In this document: positions 18,801 to 27,126 of the stretch, one piece after another
Layout: each line of letters starts with the position of its first letter
How positions within the stretch are numbered: position 1 is the stretch's first letter
Origin: Gemmatimonadota bacterium
Lineage (GTDB): Bacteria > Gemmatimonadota > Gemmatimonadetes > Gemmatimonadales > GWC2-71-9
NCBI GenBank assembly: GCA_031367105.1
Contig: JANLPG010000030.1
Span: 16,972-80,971 of the forward strand
Direction: 5' to 3'
DNA length: 64,000 nucleotides
Translations under genes and position numbers: made by a program
The notes under the pieces: model-generated
Told to the model about the DNA's origin: nothing
Databases searched by the model: none
The model's input: the letters and a program-made list of their open reading frames with translations, nothing else

Positions 18801-19445
18801 GACGTCGGTGCCCGGGGAGAGGATGGCGCCCGCGATGCTGTTAAGCAGGATAGCGTAGCGACGAAACGCGCTGAAGCGCTTGGCGTCCATCACGCCGATC
18901 CAGGAGAGCAGCGTCATGATCAGTGGCAGCTCGAACGAGATCCCCACCGCCAGGATCACCTGAATGACGAACGAAAAATACTCGTTGAAGGTGATCTGGT
19001 TGACGAACTCATCGGCCTGAAACGAGAGCAGAAACTTGAGTGACAGCGGCACACCGTAGATCCAGCCCAGCCACGCGCCGAACAGGAAGAGCACCAGTCC
19101 CATGGCGAGGGCCGGCATCATCGCCTTCTTCTCGCGCTCGTAGAGCGCTGGCGAGAGGAACGCCCAGAGCTGATAGAGAATGACCGGTGAGGCGAGCACC
19201 AGCCCGGCCACGACGCCAAGCTTGAGGACGATCATCACCTGTTCGGTGGGCGCCAGGATGGTGAGCTTGCCGCCGGGAAGGTACGGTGCGATCGGGACCT
19301 TGAGGAACGCGACCGCGTTGTATTTGCTGACCAGCCAGAGCCCGATGCCCACACCAACGAACACTGCGATCAGTGCACGAATGATGCGCCCGCGAAGTTC
19401 CTCGAGGTGGTCGAGGAACGGCATCTCGCCGGCAGGATTATCCAT
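15879..19445 (-). CDS. tatC: TatC fused to an LptD-like LPS-assembly outer-membrane protein
   Basis: aa 1-~240 TatC (EMPFLDHLEELRGRII, YQLWAFLSPALYERE, FELP, LYELG); from aa ~269 LptD-like (FTSCDLPEPHYHF, RRSGILIPNFG, GYYWAPNDYLDAT, alternating beta strands, RDLHDW); single open frame. Confidence 0.88.
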   Translation of the reverse strand: MDNPAGEMPFLDHLEELRGRIIRALIAVFVGVGIGLWLVSKYNAVAFLKVPIAPYLPGGKLTILAPTEQVMIVLKLGVVAGLVLASPVILYQLWAFLSPALYEREKKAMMPALAMGLVLFLFGAWLGWIYGVPLSLKFLLSFQADEFVNQITFNEYFSFVIQVILAVGISFELPLIMTLLSWIGVMDAKRFSAFRRYAILLNSIAGAILSPGTDVLSMIVCSLLLIALYELGVIGAFLVQRRRRKAAEVAGAILLFLLLAGGPRDLHAQNPPLRPPAADSGRARSLPGQGTRAIDSSTAKRLGIPTAPRRKFSEPDSVMQLLLKREGFAVTRFLGDSAILLPDGEGLFLGGRAATSRDTSILEAEEIRYNDARCLLAAKGEPRMFEGGRGGKILVGREMKFDTCQERGVIGEALTTFDDGGANWFLRGNLAVDSTGKRLYAAHSEFTSCDLPEPHYHFQSGQVKWVSQSVLVARPAVLYVRDVPIVWLPFLFQDTKLGRRSGILIPNFGFNDIVRPTRSYNRQVTNIGYYWAPNDYLDATVRLDWYANRYMRYGGQFRYRWRDRFVDGDFAIDQERQNGGGRSTNIRWGHNQQFDNATSLRLNFNYSGNTSVLQGNTVDPLRSVQQITSSLNLTKRFRWGSTTLGGTRNQTLSDGSVRMSLPTLTLTPNPFGIGQHITWSPSFTLTNDVATNQPSAAQFAVFPGRVDSLVATSRSRNTTMNLTTPLRIGGFNWANTVAYQDRMDVGRRTLTQRIPDLSTPDPNDSVTVTTVRQGDFQSGLNWDTGINLPILFQQTFKITPTLGITNISSGNPFLLRNAATNGQWVQQGKKLQLSLAIGPQLFGFINRGIGPVVRFRHNIQPLFNLQYSPKALLSEEYARALSGSAGSAIPRETAANLTASLSLSQSLSGKLRPVAGDTNTDDKNWRKIALLQLTTSQLAYDFEQAKLPGRTGWTTPAITNSLQSDLIRGFQLSLTHDLWQGQVGTDTAKFSPFLSNVQANFSLSGGTFRSLAVLLGLARKVDPRAQRDTTPPPAASYFGSTSRRFRPGSFNSSDALAGLSGRGFTASVTYSLQRKRPTGNTVGSINTDPNSIFLQPLNLVTGNQSNIGLNTSFSPTPAWNVSWQTQYNVTASRFESQQIRLQRDLHDWTASFDFAKTATGNFALFFTVTLKPLPDVKFDYNQTTLRPR

Positions 19446-19453
19446 CGAGACGG

Positions 19454-20227
19454 CTACGGGAGTGCGCGCAACGCATCGCGGGCGAGTTTCGCCTCGTCGC
19501 TCTGCGAATAGCGATCGACCACCTGCTGGTAGTACGCTCGCGCAGCCGTGCGGTCCTGTCGGCGCTCCGCCAGCTTCCCGAGCTTGAACAGCGCCGTTGG
19601 TGCCCGGGACGACGTGGGGTACTTCGACACCACGGCGCCGTAGTAGACGCGTGCCGAGTCGGGGACGACAGGGTCGAACGTGTCGGCCAGCCCATACGTG
19701 GCGTCGGGCGCGAGGGGCGACGTCGGGTAAAGTTCCAGCAGTCGCCGGAATCCGATCCGAGCCGATGCCACGGCGCCCTGCTGGTTCTGACCCCGCGCGG
19801 CCATATAGATCGCGTCGGCCGAAGGGGCGTTGGTCACAGCGGGGAGCCGAGTGGAATCACCGGCCGGCGTGAGGCCGGCCGGCGGTTCCGCACCGCGTAC
19901 CTCGAGCTGGTTTCGCAACTCGCTCAGCCGTCGCTGACTCTGGCCCGAGAGCTCCTGCAGCGCGAGCAGGGAGCGCCGCACTTCGGTGAACTCCGACTGA
20001 TTGTCGCGGGCGCCCCGCTCGAGGGCACGGGACAGCGATCCCAGCGAATCGATCCCGCGCTGTTGCAACGCGATGATTCGCGTCAGCTCTGCTGCGCGCG
20101 CCGAATCGGCACGTGCCTGGGACCGTTCGAGCACGGCAACCTGCGTCTCGACCCGCCGGACCTGGCCTGGGGTGGCACACGCCGCCGCCAGGAGCAGCGT
20201 GAGCGACGTCGCGACGCCGGCCCGCAT
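19454..20227 (-). CDS. cpoB: Tol-Pal system protein CpoB/YbgF (lipoprotein, coiled coil + TPR)
   Basis: LAAAC lipobox, coiled coil, YPTSPLAPDA / YPTSSRAPTALFKLG TPRs; directly after pal. Confidence 0.85.
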   Translation of the reverse strand: MRAGVATSLTLLLAAACATPGQVRRVETQVAVLERSQARADSARAAELTRIIALQQRGIDSLGSLSRALERGARDNQSEFTEVRRSLLALQELSGQSQRRLSELRNQLEVRGAEPPAGLTPAGDSTRLPAVTNAPSADAIYMAARGQNQQGAVASARIGFRRLLELYPTSPLAPDATYGLADTFDPVVPDSARVYYGAVVSKYPTSSRAPTALFKLGKLAERRQDRTAARAYYQQVVDRYSQSDEAKLARDALRALP

Positions 20228-20802
20228 CAGCGGGGTGCCACCAGCGACTGCGCGCCGGCGATGGCCTCGAACTCATCTCGGCGATTCTTGGCATACGCCG
20301 CTTCGTTGGGCGACGGGTCGACGGGAACCTCCCGGCCGAGCGACGCCACTTCGATGCGGGACCCATCTACGCCGAGGCGAGTCAGGTAGTCCTTCGCCGC
20401 GATCGCACGCTTCATCCCGAGCGCCAGGTTGTATTCGTCGGATCCACGCTCGTCCGCGTGGCCAGTCACCCGGATCCGCAGCGCGGGATTCGCCTTGAGG
20501 ATCGCAGCTTTCCGATCGAGGCGGGCAGTGTCGTCCGGGTTGACGGCGAACTGGTCGTAATCGAAGTGGATCGTTTCGGCCAGCTGATTCACCAGCGCCG
20601 CGCGATCGGCTTCCCGACGCGCGGCCTCCGCACGGGCCATCGAGTCGGCATTGGCGGGCCGAACCAGCGGGGTCGGAGTGCTCGAGGCGGGGACGGAGCC
20701 TGCCACCGGTGCTGGAGTGGTATTCGGATCGGCCTTCTTGCCACAGGCTCCGACCACGGTCGTCAGCCCGAGCAGGGCAACGACAAGGGCACGCTGGGTC
20801 AC
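20227..20802 (-). CDS. pal: Peptidoglycan-associated lipoprotein Pal (OmpA C-terminal domain)
   Basis: GTG start after GGAGG, VVGAC lipobox, IHFDYD, GHADERGSDEYNLALG.KRA, KNRRDEF. Confidence 0.93.
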   Translation of the reverse strand: MTQRALVVALLGLTTVVGACGKKADPNTTPAPVAGSVPASSTPTPLVRPANADSMARAEAARREADRAALVNQLAETIHFDYDQFAVNPDDTARLDRKAAILKANPALRIRVTGHADERGSDEYNLALGMKRAIAAKDYLTRLGVDGSRIEVASLGREVPVDPSPNEAAYAKNRRDEFEAIAGAQSLVAPR

Positions 20803-20815
20803 GAGGTCCTCCACA

Positions 20816-22141
20816 TCAAGGGTTAGTGCCGCGCAATATAGGCGACCAGGCAGGCAGGCGGGCGCCCCCCGGGGTCGGCAATTGGCGCGAGGTTCCGGTT
20901 TCCAGGTCGACGATCCAGAGCTGGTCACGACCGGTCCGATTTGAGCGGAAAACCAGGTGCCGGGAATCTGCCGCCCAACTCGGGTCTTCGTTCTGGCGGC
21001 CCGTTGACGTCTGCTGTTTGGCGGGCCGCCCGGTGCCGACCTGCCAGGTGAAGAGCTGTCGGCCGCCGGCTGCATCCCGACCGAACGCGACCGTGGTGCC
21101 GTCGGGCGACCAGTCGGGGGCATAGGACGCCCCCGTTTCGCCGGCGTCGAACGGCACCAGCACCGCCTGGTCCGTCCCGTCGGCATCCATCGCATAGATC
21201 TGCGGCGAGCCGGCCCGGGTCGACATAAAGGCAATCCGTCGTCCGTCGGGCGAATACGTCGGCGTCAGGTTGGCGGCGTACTTTCCGGTGGTCGTCAGCC
21301 GGTGCGCGCAGCACATCCGGGTCACGTCTGCCTCGAACAGATCCGTCCCCTCTTCGGCGACACGACCGAAGACGATCTTGCTGCCGTCGGGCGAGAACGA
21401 CGCACCATTGTTGGTACCCGAGACCGTGGTCGGTACGGTGACACGCGTCCCGGTTGCCAGCGATTGAATGATCAGCGCACCGACGTAATCCTTGATTTCG
21501 GTGAAGGCGAACCGGGTGCCGTCGGGATGCCACGCCGGTGAAACCACCAGCCCGCCCGGGCGGCTGACCCGCACCAGATTCTGACCGTCGGCATCAATCC
21601 GCCAGATGCCGTTGTCGCGGCGGGTTCCGATTTCGTCGGCCTTGAAGAGGATCCGGGTCGCCGCGATGCCAATGCCGCCATTGATCCAGGTCACCAGCTC
21701 GTCGCTGACCCGGTGGATCGCAAGTCGGCTCTCACCCACCCCCGCGGGGTCGAGCGGGCGCACTCCCTGCTGACGCAGCTGGCCCGCCGCGATATCGTAG
21801 AGCTTGACCTCGACTCCGGCACCGATCCGCCGCAGCTCGACCGCCCAGGCTACGCCGAGCGGCTTCAGTGTCGCCGGCACCAGCGGCGCCGTGAGCCGGC
21901 CAAGGGAATCGGGGAGGAAGGCCATCTCGTACCGATCCGAAAATGCCAAGTCGCGCTCGACGATGCGACGGATCGAGTCGAGCCCGGGCCCCGCCATTAC
22001 CAGCACGCCCGGGCGAGCGCCGGCCGTATAGTTGATCCCCAACCGGATCCGCTCAATGTCCTGTGCGCCGGCAGGCGAGGCGCGACCCACGAGCGCCAGC
22101 GTCGCGAGGGCCGCAAGCTGGAGGAACGGGACCGGCCTCAC
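20816..22141 (-). CDS. tolB: TolB-like beta-propeller protein
   Basis: Signal peptide, PD40 repeats (PAWHPDG, SFSPDG, PTYSPDG, PDWSPDG, PSWAAD, PAWSP); tol-pal synteny. Confidence 0.9.
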   Translation of the reverse strand: MRPVPFLQLAALATLALVGRASPAGAQDIERIRLGINYTAGARPGVLVMAGPGLDSIRRIVERDLAFSDRYEMAFLPDSLGRLTAPLVPATLKPLGVAWAVELRRIGAGVEVKLYDIAAGQLRQQGVRPLDPAGVGESRLAIHRVSDELVTWINGGIGIAATRILFKADEIGTRRDNGIWRIDADGQNLVRVSRPGGLVVSPAWHPDGTRFAFTEIKDYVGALIIQSLATGTRVTVPTTVSGTNNGASFSPDGSKIVFGRVAEEGTDLFEADVTRMCCAHRLTTTGKYAANLTPTYSPDGRRIAFMSTRAGSPQIYAMDADGTDQAVLVPFDAGETGASYAPDWSPDGTTVAFGRDAAGGRQLFTWQVGTGRPAKQQTSTGRQNEDPSWAADSRHLVFRSNRTGRDQLWIVDLETGTSRQLPTPGGARLPAWSPILRGTNP

Positions 22142-22815
22142 GGGCGGCGGGTCGGGGCGAAGTAGAATGCAATCGGCAGCTGGTCGCCCGCGAATCCGGA
22201 CGGCAGCGGCCCGAAGGCCCGCACTCGCCCAGCCGCCTCCACTGCGCCGAGCGCGGTGAGATCGAAGTCATCGCGTCCGGAGGGCGCCGATACGACCAGA
22301 TCCGTGACTGAACCATCGCGGAGAATCACGAACGACACCTCGGCGTGCAGATTGGTTCGCGCCAGTGGCTGCTGCCACCGCAGATAAATTTGGTTGGTGA
22401 TCGACCGCAGGTACTCGGGATACGGGAACTGAAGTCCCGCCTGTCGCAACGTCACCACGTCCTGGCCGGTACTCGGCGTCGTCGATGGAATCGGCGTCAC
22501 TGGCGATTGGGTGACCGGCGCCTGCTCCGCCACCTTCACCCGATCGGGCGGGTTGGACTTCATCGGCTCCGGCTTCACCGCTTTCGGCGCCAGCAGCGGT
22601 GCCGTTTCGGCCTCGGCGACGGGCGTCGCTTCGGCGGCGGACCGTCGGGGGGCCTCGGACGGTGCCGGTGCCGCCACCAACTCCACCGCATAGACGATCG
22701 GCGGACGGGTCGGCGCACGCTGCGCGACCAGCACGAGCGCCACGATCACGAGCCCGTGAACCAAGCTCGTGCCTGCCAGTCCAGCGGGGAGCGACGATGT
22801 GCGCGTGGCGCTCAC
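22138..22815 (-). CDS. tolA: TolA/TonB-like energy transducer
   Basis: TM helix with S..H motif (SLVHG), Pro-rich linker, C-terminal F.ILRDGSV....SG..DFD..A..AV....FGPLP. Confidence 0.8.
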   Translation of the reverse strand: MSATRTSSLPAGLAGTSLVHGLVIVALVLVAQRAPTRPPIVYAVELVAAPAPSEAPRRSAAEATPVAEAETAPLLAPKAVKPEPMKSNPPDRVKVAEQAPVTQSPVTPIPSTTPSTGQDVVTLRQAGLQFPYPEYLRSITNQIYLRWQQPLARTNLHAEVSFVILRDGSVTDLVVSAPSGRDDFDLTALGAVEAAGRVRAFGPLPSGFAGDQLPIAFYFAPTRRP

Positions 22816-23240
22816 GGGGGCGGGGCGGGCTCAGTGACGAGCCCCACCGAGCGGATCCCGGATGCGCTGACGACACCGAGTACGCGCGCGATCTCCCCAT
22901 ACCGCGTCGCCTGATCGCCCCGCACGTAGACGACCTCCGGGCGCTGCTGGCTGACCAGCAGCCTGAAGGCGGCGCGAAACTGGTCGTAGGAGTACTGCTG
23001 CTTGTCGATCGAGATCCGGCCGTTCCGGTCGACGGTCACGTTGACCGCCTTGCTCGCCGTGATCGGGCGGGAGGACGCCTTCGGGAGCCGCACCTGGATT
23101 CCGCCCTGCATCATCGGCGCCGTGACCATAAAGATGATTAACAGCACCAGCACCACGTCGACGAGGTTGATGATGTTGACCTCGGCGTTGAGGCGTCGCC
23201 GGTTGCGTCGTCCGCGCCCGAGTGCGCCGAGCCCGGCCAT
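22812..23240 (-). CDS. tolR: TolR/ExbD
   Basis: EVNIINLVDVVLVLLIIFMVTAP, VRLP.A, VRGD...YG; start at ATG 23240. Confidence 0.9.
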   Translation of the reverse strand: MAGLGALGRGRRNRRRLNAEVNIINLVDVVLVLLIIFMVTAPMMQGGIQVRLPKASSRPITASKAVNVTVDRNGRISIDKQQYSYDQFRAAFRLLVSQQRPEVVYVRGDQATRYGEIARVLGVVSASGIRSVGLVTEPAPPP

Positions 23241-23241
23241 C

Positions 23242-23970
23242 CTACAGCCGTCCCTCACGTCCCAGCGAGCCGATGGTCGCCTGCGCGAGCCGCTCCAGTT
23301 CCCCCTCGAATCGCTCGGTGCGGGAGGTGAAGATGTTGTACGCCACCACCGCCGGGATGGCAGCACCCAGCCCCGCAGCGGTCGCGATCAGCGCATCGGC
23401 AATCCCGGGTGCCACGGCGGCGAGATTACTGCTCCCCTCGACGCTCAGGCCGTTGAACGACTTCATGATGCCGAGCACCGTGCCGAAAAGGCCGAGCAGC
23501 GGAGCGGTCGAGCCGATCGTGGCGAGCCACGGAATCATCCGACCCGAATGCTCCGCCTCTTCGCGCACCCGGGTATCGAGCGTCATCGTCAGGGCCTCGA
23601 GCTGGGTCAGCGAGAGCCCGGTGCGCGAGACGTTGGCCCGCTCCATCGCACCGTGGAGGTCGGCGATAAAAGCGGTCGAGCTCTGGACGATGGCGGCATA
23701 AGGCGAATCAGCGAGGCGCGAGGCGGCATCGGACCGCTCATCAACCGTTCGGCTTCTGGCGGTGGCATCCTCGTAGGCGGCGCGGGCGCGAGCGAGTCGA
23801 CGGAACTCCCACCACTTCGCGCCGATGATATACCAGGAAAGCAGCGAAGCGAGCGCACAGATCACCAGGACGGCCGATGTCTCAGTGCTCGCCGACAGAA
23901 TCAGATGGAGGAGCCCAGGGACCGATGGGCCGGCAGCGTCTTGTATCAACGGACCGTTCCTTCGAACCAT
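23242..23970 (-). CDS. tolQ: TolQ/ExbB proton channel
   Basis: WLATIGSTAPLLGLFGTVLGIM, VAPGIADALIATAAGLGAAIPAVVAYN; exact start uncertain. Confidence 0.93.
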   Translation of the reverse strand: MVRRNGPLIQDAAGPSVPGLLHLILSASTETSAVLVICALASLLSWYIIGAKWWEFRRLARARAAYEDATARSRTVDERSDAASRLADSPYAAIVQSSTAFIADLHGAMERANVSRTGLSLTQLEALTMTLDTRVREEAEHSGRMIPWLATIGSTAPLLGLFGTVLGIMKSFNGLSVEGSSNLAAVAPGIADALIATAAGLGAAIPAVVAYNIFTSRTERFEGELERLAQATIGSLGREGRL

Positions 23971-24896
23971 CCAGCGAGCGCCTTCATACCCTCGTCGAAC
24001 GATCCCTGTGGGGCCCAGCCGAGTTCACGCCCGGCCTTGGCGATGTCGAGACAGGAGCGTACCAGCTCTCCCGGTCGCGGCGCGGCGTATTCGATCACCG
24101 GGGTTTTGCCCAGGGCCCGGCCAACGTGGTTTGCCAAGTCGTTCACGGAAGTCTCCCGCCCGGTGCCGATGTTGAAGGCAGGGACGTCCAGTCGATCGCC
24201 GCGCGACACAGTCGCGACACCCGCGAGAAGGTTGGCGCGCGCGACGTCCTTGACGTAGACATAATCCCGGGTCTGCGTGCCGTCACCGAACACCGTCAGT
24301 GGCTTTCCCGCGAGGAGGCGCGAGACGAAGATGGAGACAACACCGGCCTCGGACGCTGGATCCTGGCGCGGGCCGTAGACATTGGAGTATCGCAGCGCGA
24401 CCCCTTCGAATCCGTGCAGCTCCCCCAACACGCGGAGATAATGCTCCCCGGCCAGCTTGCTGACACCGTAGGGGGAGATCGGGAGCGTGGCAGTGGGTTC
24501 GGGGGTGGGGAGCACGGCCGGGTCGCCATAGACCACTCCACCGCTCGAGGCGAACACCACTCGCTTCACCTTCCCCGCGGCGACCGCGGCGAGAATATTG
24601 GCGAAGCCAACCAGATTGATCGAGGCATCGAGCGCCGGTTCCTGCACCGATACGCGCACATCAATCTGCGCGGCCTGATGCACCACTACATCGAAGTCGC
24701 CGGAGGCCACCGCTTCGAACGCCGCAGGGGATCGGACGTCGGTTTTGACGAATCGCGCTGCCGCAGGAACCTGCTCCTGCTTGCCGCGCGACAGATCGTC
24801 CAGGCAAGTGACCGACCAACCCGCCGAGAGATACGCCTCGGCGATGTGTGAACCGATGAACCCCGCCCCACCCGTAATCAGTACCGATCCACTCAT
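23946..24896 (-). CDS. NAD-dependent epimerase (UDP-glucose 4-epimerase-like SDR)
   Basis: ITGGAGFIGSH, HQAAQIDVRVS, SPYGVSK (YxxxK), LRYSNVYGPRQ, TRDYVYV.D. Confidence 0.9.
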   Translation of the reverse strand: MSGSVLITGGAGFIGSHIAEAYLSAGWSVTCLDDLSRGKQEQVPAAARFVKTDVRSPAAFEAVASGDFDVVVHQAAQIDVRVSVQEPALDASINLVGFANILAAVAAGKVKRVVFASSGGVVYGDPAVLPTPEPTATLPISPYGVSKLAGEHYLRVLGELHGFEGVALRYSNVYGPRQDPASEAGVVSIFVSRLLAGKPLTVFGDGTQTRDYVYVKDVARANLLAGVATVSRGDRLDVPAFNIGTGRETSVNDLANHVGRALGKTPVIEYAAPRPGELVRSCLDIAKAGRELGWAPQGSFDEGMKALAGWFEGTVR

Positions 24897-24966
24897 CAGC
24901 GCTCTCCGCGGCGGGTGCCCGGGGGGCGCCCGCCGACTGGGGTGTCAGTGTATTGGGGGGAAAGAT

Positions 24967-24987
24967 AGCGGGGCGATCCGCCCCGCT
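24967..24987 (-). terminator. Putative terminator hairpin after the 24988-25767 gene
   Basis: AGCGGGGCG-N3-CGCCCCGCT followed on the minus strand by ATCTTT. Confidence 0.45.
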
Positions 24988-25767
24988 TCAGTTCGGGAGG
25001 GTTGCAACCCGGATGACGGGAGTCCCAGGCGCGATATCCGGCGAGATGATCCGGATGAGCGCCACCGAGCTGTGCTTTTCATTGACCACCACGACCTGGC
25101 CCGTCGCCATCAGCTCGTCGATCTGGTCGGCGGCATTCAACCGACGGGCTGGCTTCCGCCGCACCTCAACGAAATCACCCATCCGGATCCCGGCGGCACG
25201 TCCTGCGTCGATGAAGACAATATTCCCGGGCTGCAGCAGCTCGCGCGGTTCGCGCGGAGCAATCAGTGTCGCGGCCGGGCCACCGATCTTGACGGGTTGC
25301 ACCGCGCCAGGATTGCTGACCGGCTCGAGTGGCAGGGTCACCTGTCCATCGCGGATCGGGCCATACACCGCCACAACTTCGGCCAGCGTCTGGCTGCCAT
25401 CCACTCCCCTGACGCGCGCGAGCCCGGTGGGCGTGATGACTTCGCCCCAACCCTTCGGACCGGGGGTGCGCTGCGCCAGCACCAGCGTGTCGCCCCTGGC
25501 GTACGACGCACCGGCAGGTGGCCGGATTCCGAGTGTGGCGCCGATCGCCATCACCGCGCCGCCGGCGGCAGATCGGATCTGCTGGGGAGTCACCGGGCCA
25601 AGCACCTTGCCGTAGGGCAACAGGCGCATCTCGCTGAGGAAGCCGGCCGAGTACGACTGGCCTGGCCGGATCGGTACGTAGGGAACCGCCTCGGAGGCCC
25701 GCACAACGTCCTGGGCGACGAGCGGGGCGGCCCCGAGGACCAGCAACAGGGCAAGCGAGGAACGCAT
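24988..25767 (-). CDS. Secreted beta-rich protein with FlgT-C/TsaP-like C-terminal domain
   Basis: Signal peptide MRSSLALLLVLGAAPLVA|Q after GGAG RBS; C-terminal IVFIDAG...GIRMGD.VEV....GQVVVVNEK.SSVAL. Confidence 0.55.
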   Translation of the reverse strand: MRSSLALLLVLGAAPLVAQDVVRASEAVPYVPIRPGQSYSAGFLSEMRLLPYGKVLGPVTPQQIRSAAGGAVMAIGATLGIRPPAGASYARGDTLVLAQRTPGPKGWGEVITPTGLARVRGVDGSQTLAEVVAVYGPIRDGQVTLPLEPVSNPGAVQPVKIGGPAATLIAPREPRELLQPGNIVFIDAGRAAGIRMGDFVEVRRKPARRLNAADQIDELMATGQVVVVNEKHSSVALIRIISPDIAPGTPVIRVATLPN

Positions 25768-26053
25768 AGTTGGATCTCCGCGGGCGGTGAAAACCTTAAG
25801 CTGCACCACGATTCGTGCCAGACGACCGTATCATAACAAGTACCCTCAAGTATCGACCGCTCCTCGCCATCCCCCCAGCCAGTCCGGCTTCCACCGAGCG
25901 CGGCGGGAGGGGGCCAAGCCGCGAGGAGCGCCGCTGCCGGCCACCGTTCGGCGCGAGCCCCTCCCCGCCAGCCAAAAACACCTCGACGGCTGATGCTGAT
26001 CGGACCGGGAGCAATCCGACCCCGGTGGAACGAGGTGAATCTGGCGAAGCACC

Positions 26054-26554
26054 TCAGAACGGCAGGTCGTCGTCCTCGGCATCGAGCGCATCAGGGAAGT
26101 CGGCGAAGGATTCGTCCTTCTTGGCCTCGCCCCCCTTGGCCGCAGGGGCGGCCGAGGCGGCGCGCGCCCCGCCTCCCCAACTGCCTCCGCCCTCACCACC
26201 CTCGCCCTTCCCAGAGAGGAGAATCAACTCGCGGCCGTTGATCTCGGTCGAGTAACGGGTCTGCCCCTCCTTGTCCTGCCAGGTCCGGTACTCGATCTCA
26301 CCCTCGACGTAGAGCTTATCGCCCTTCTTGCAGTAGCGTTCGATCAGGTCGGCGAGCTGCTGACCATTCTTCGCATTCCAGAAGATCACCCGGTGCCAGG
26401 CAGTCTTCTCCTGCTTGGAGCCGTCGGCACCTTTCCATTGCCGACCCGTCGCCAGTGAGACTGTCGCTACGCGGCCTCCGTTGGACGTACTGCGGACCTC
26501 GGGGTCGGCGCCGAGATTCCCGATGAGGATCACTTTGTTCAGGCTCTTGCTCAT
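26054..26554 (-). CDS. ssb: Single-stranded DNA-binding protein
   Basis: SLNKVILIGNLGADPEVR, TAWHRV, KGDKLYVEG, C-terminal DDDLPF. Confidence 0.98.
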   Translation of the reverse strand: MSKSLNKVILIGNLGADPEVRSTSNGGRVATVSLATGRQWKGADGSKQEKTAWHRVIFWNAKNGQQLADLIERYCKKGDKLYVEGEIEYRTWQDKEGQTRYSTEINGRELILLSGKGEGGEGGGSWGGGARAASAAPAAKGGEAKKDESFADFPDALDAEDDDLPF

Positions 26555-26643
26555 GACTTGCTCCGGTGTCGGACGAACGGTCGATGGCGATGCTGGGAAC
26601 GACGACAATCTGGCCAGCGAGTCGGGACTTGCCGGGACTGAAA

Positions 26644-27126
26644 TTACTCTGAGTCGGTACCTGGCGACGCCGAGATCGTGAGATCCCGTCGCAGCACCAG
26701 GGCGTCTTCGACAGGCCGACGATAATAGCCCTTGCGGACCCCTGCCGCGACAAAACCGGCACTCTGATACATCGCGCGGGCGGCGGCGTTGGAGATCCGG
26801 ACCTCCAGCCAGGCGGCGTGGGCCCCGCGCTGTACCATCGTGCTCAGGGCAGCCCCCAGCAGCGCTCGGCCGATGCCGGAGCGGCGCCGCACGGGGTCGG
26901 TCGCGATGGTGAGGATTTCACCCTCGTCCACCACCACGCGCCCGAGCACGTAACCGGCAATGGCCGCACCGGCCCCTTCGGCCGCGACGGCGATTGCGCC
27001 GGGCCAGTTCAGCGCTTCCTGCAGCTGCGCCGGAGTCCAGGGGTCAGAAAACGACGCCCGCTCCAGCGCGGCAAACGCAGGGATGTCAGCGGATGAGGCC
27101 GGGCGCAGGCGGCAATGGCCGTCCAT
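26644..27126 (-). CDS. rimI: Ribosomal-protein-alanine N-acetyltransferase
   Basis: FSDPW, EGEILTIA..P.RRR.GIG, WLEVRISN.AA...Y...GF...GVRKGYY..P.EDAL. Confidence 0.92.
   Translation of the reverse strand: MDGHCRLRPASSADIPAFAALERASFSDPWTPAQLQEALNWPGAIAVAAEGAGAAIAGYVLGRVVVDEGEILTIATDPVRRRSGIGRALLGAALSTMVQRGAHAAWLEVRISNAAARAMYQSAGFVAAGVRKGYYRRPVEDALVLRRDLTISASPGTDSE

Noticed and set aside
25800-25821. TGGCACGAA sigma54-like -24 elements here and near 47450
   Set aside because: No GC at the -12 position with correct spacing
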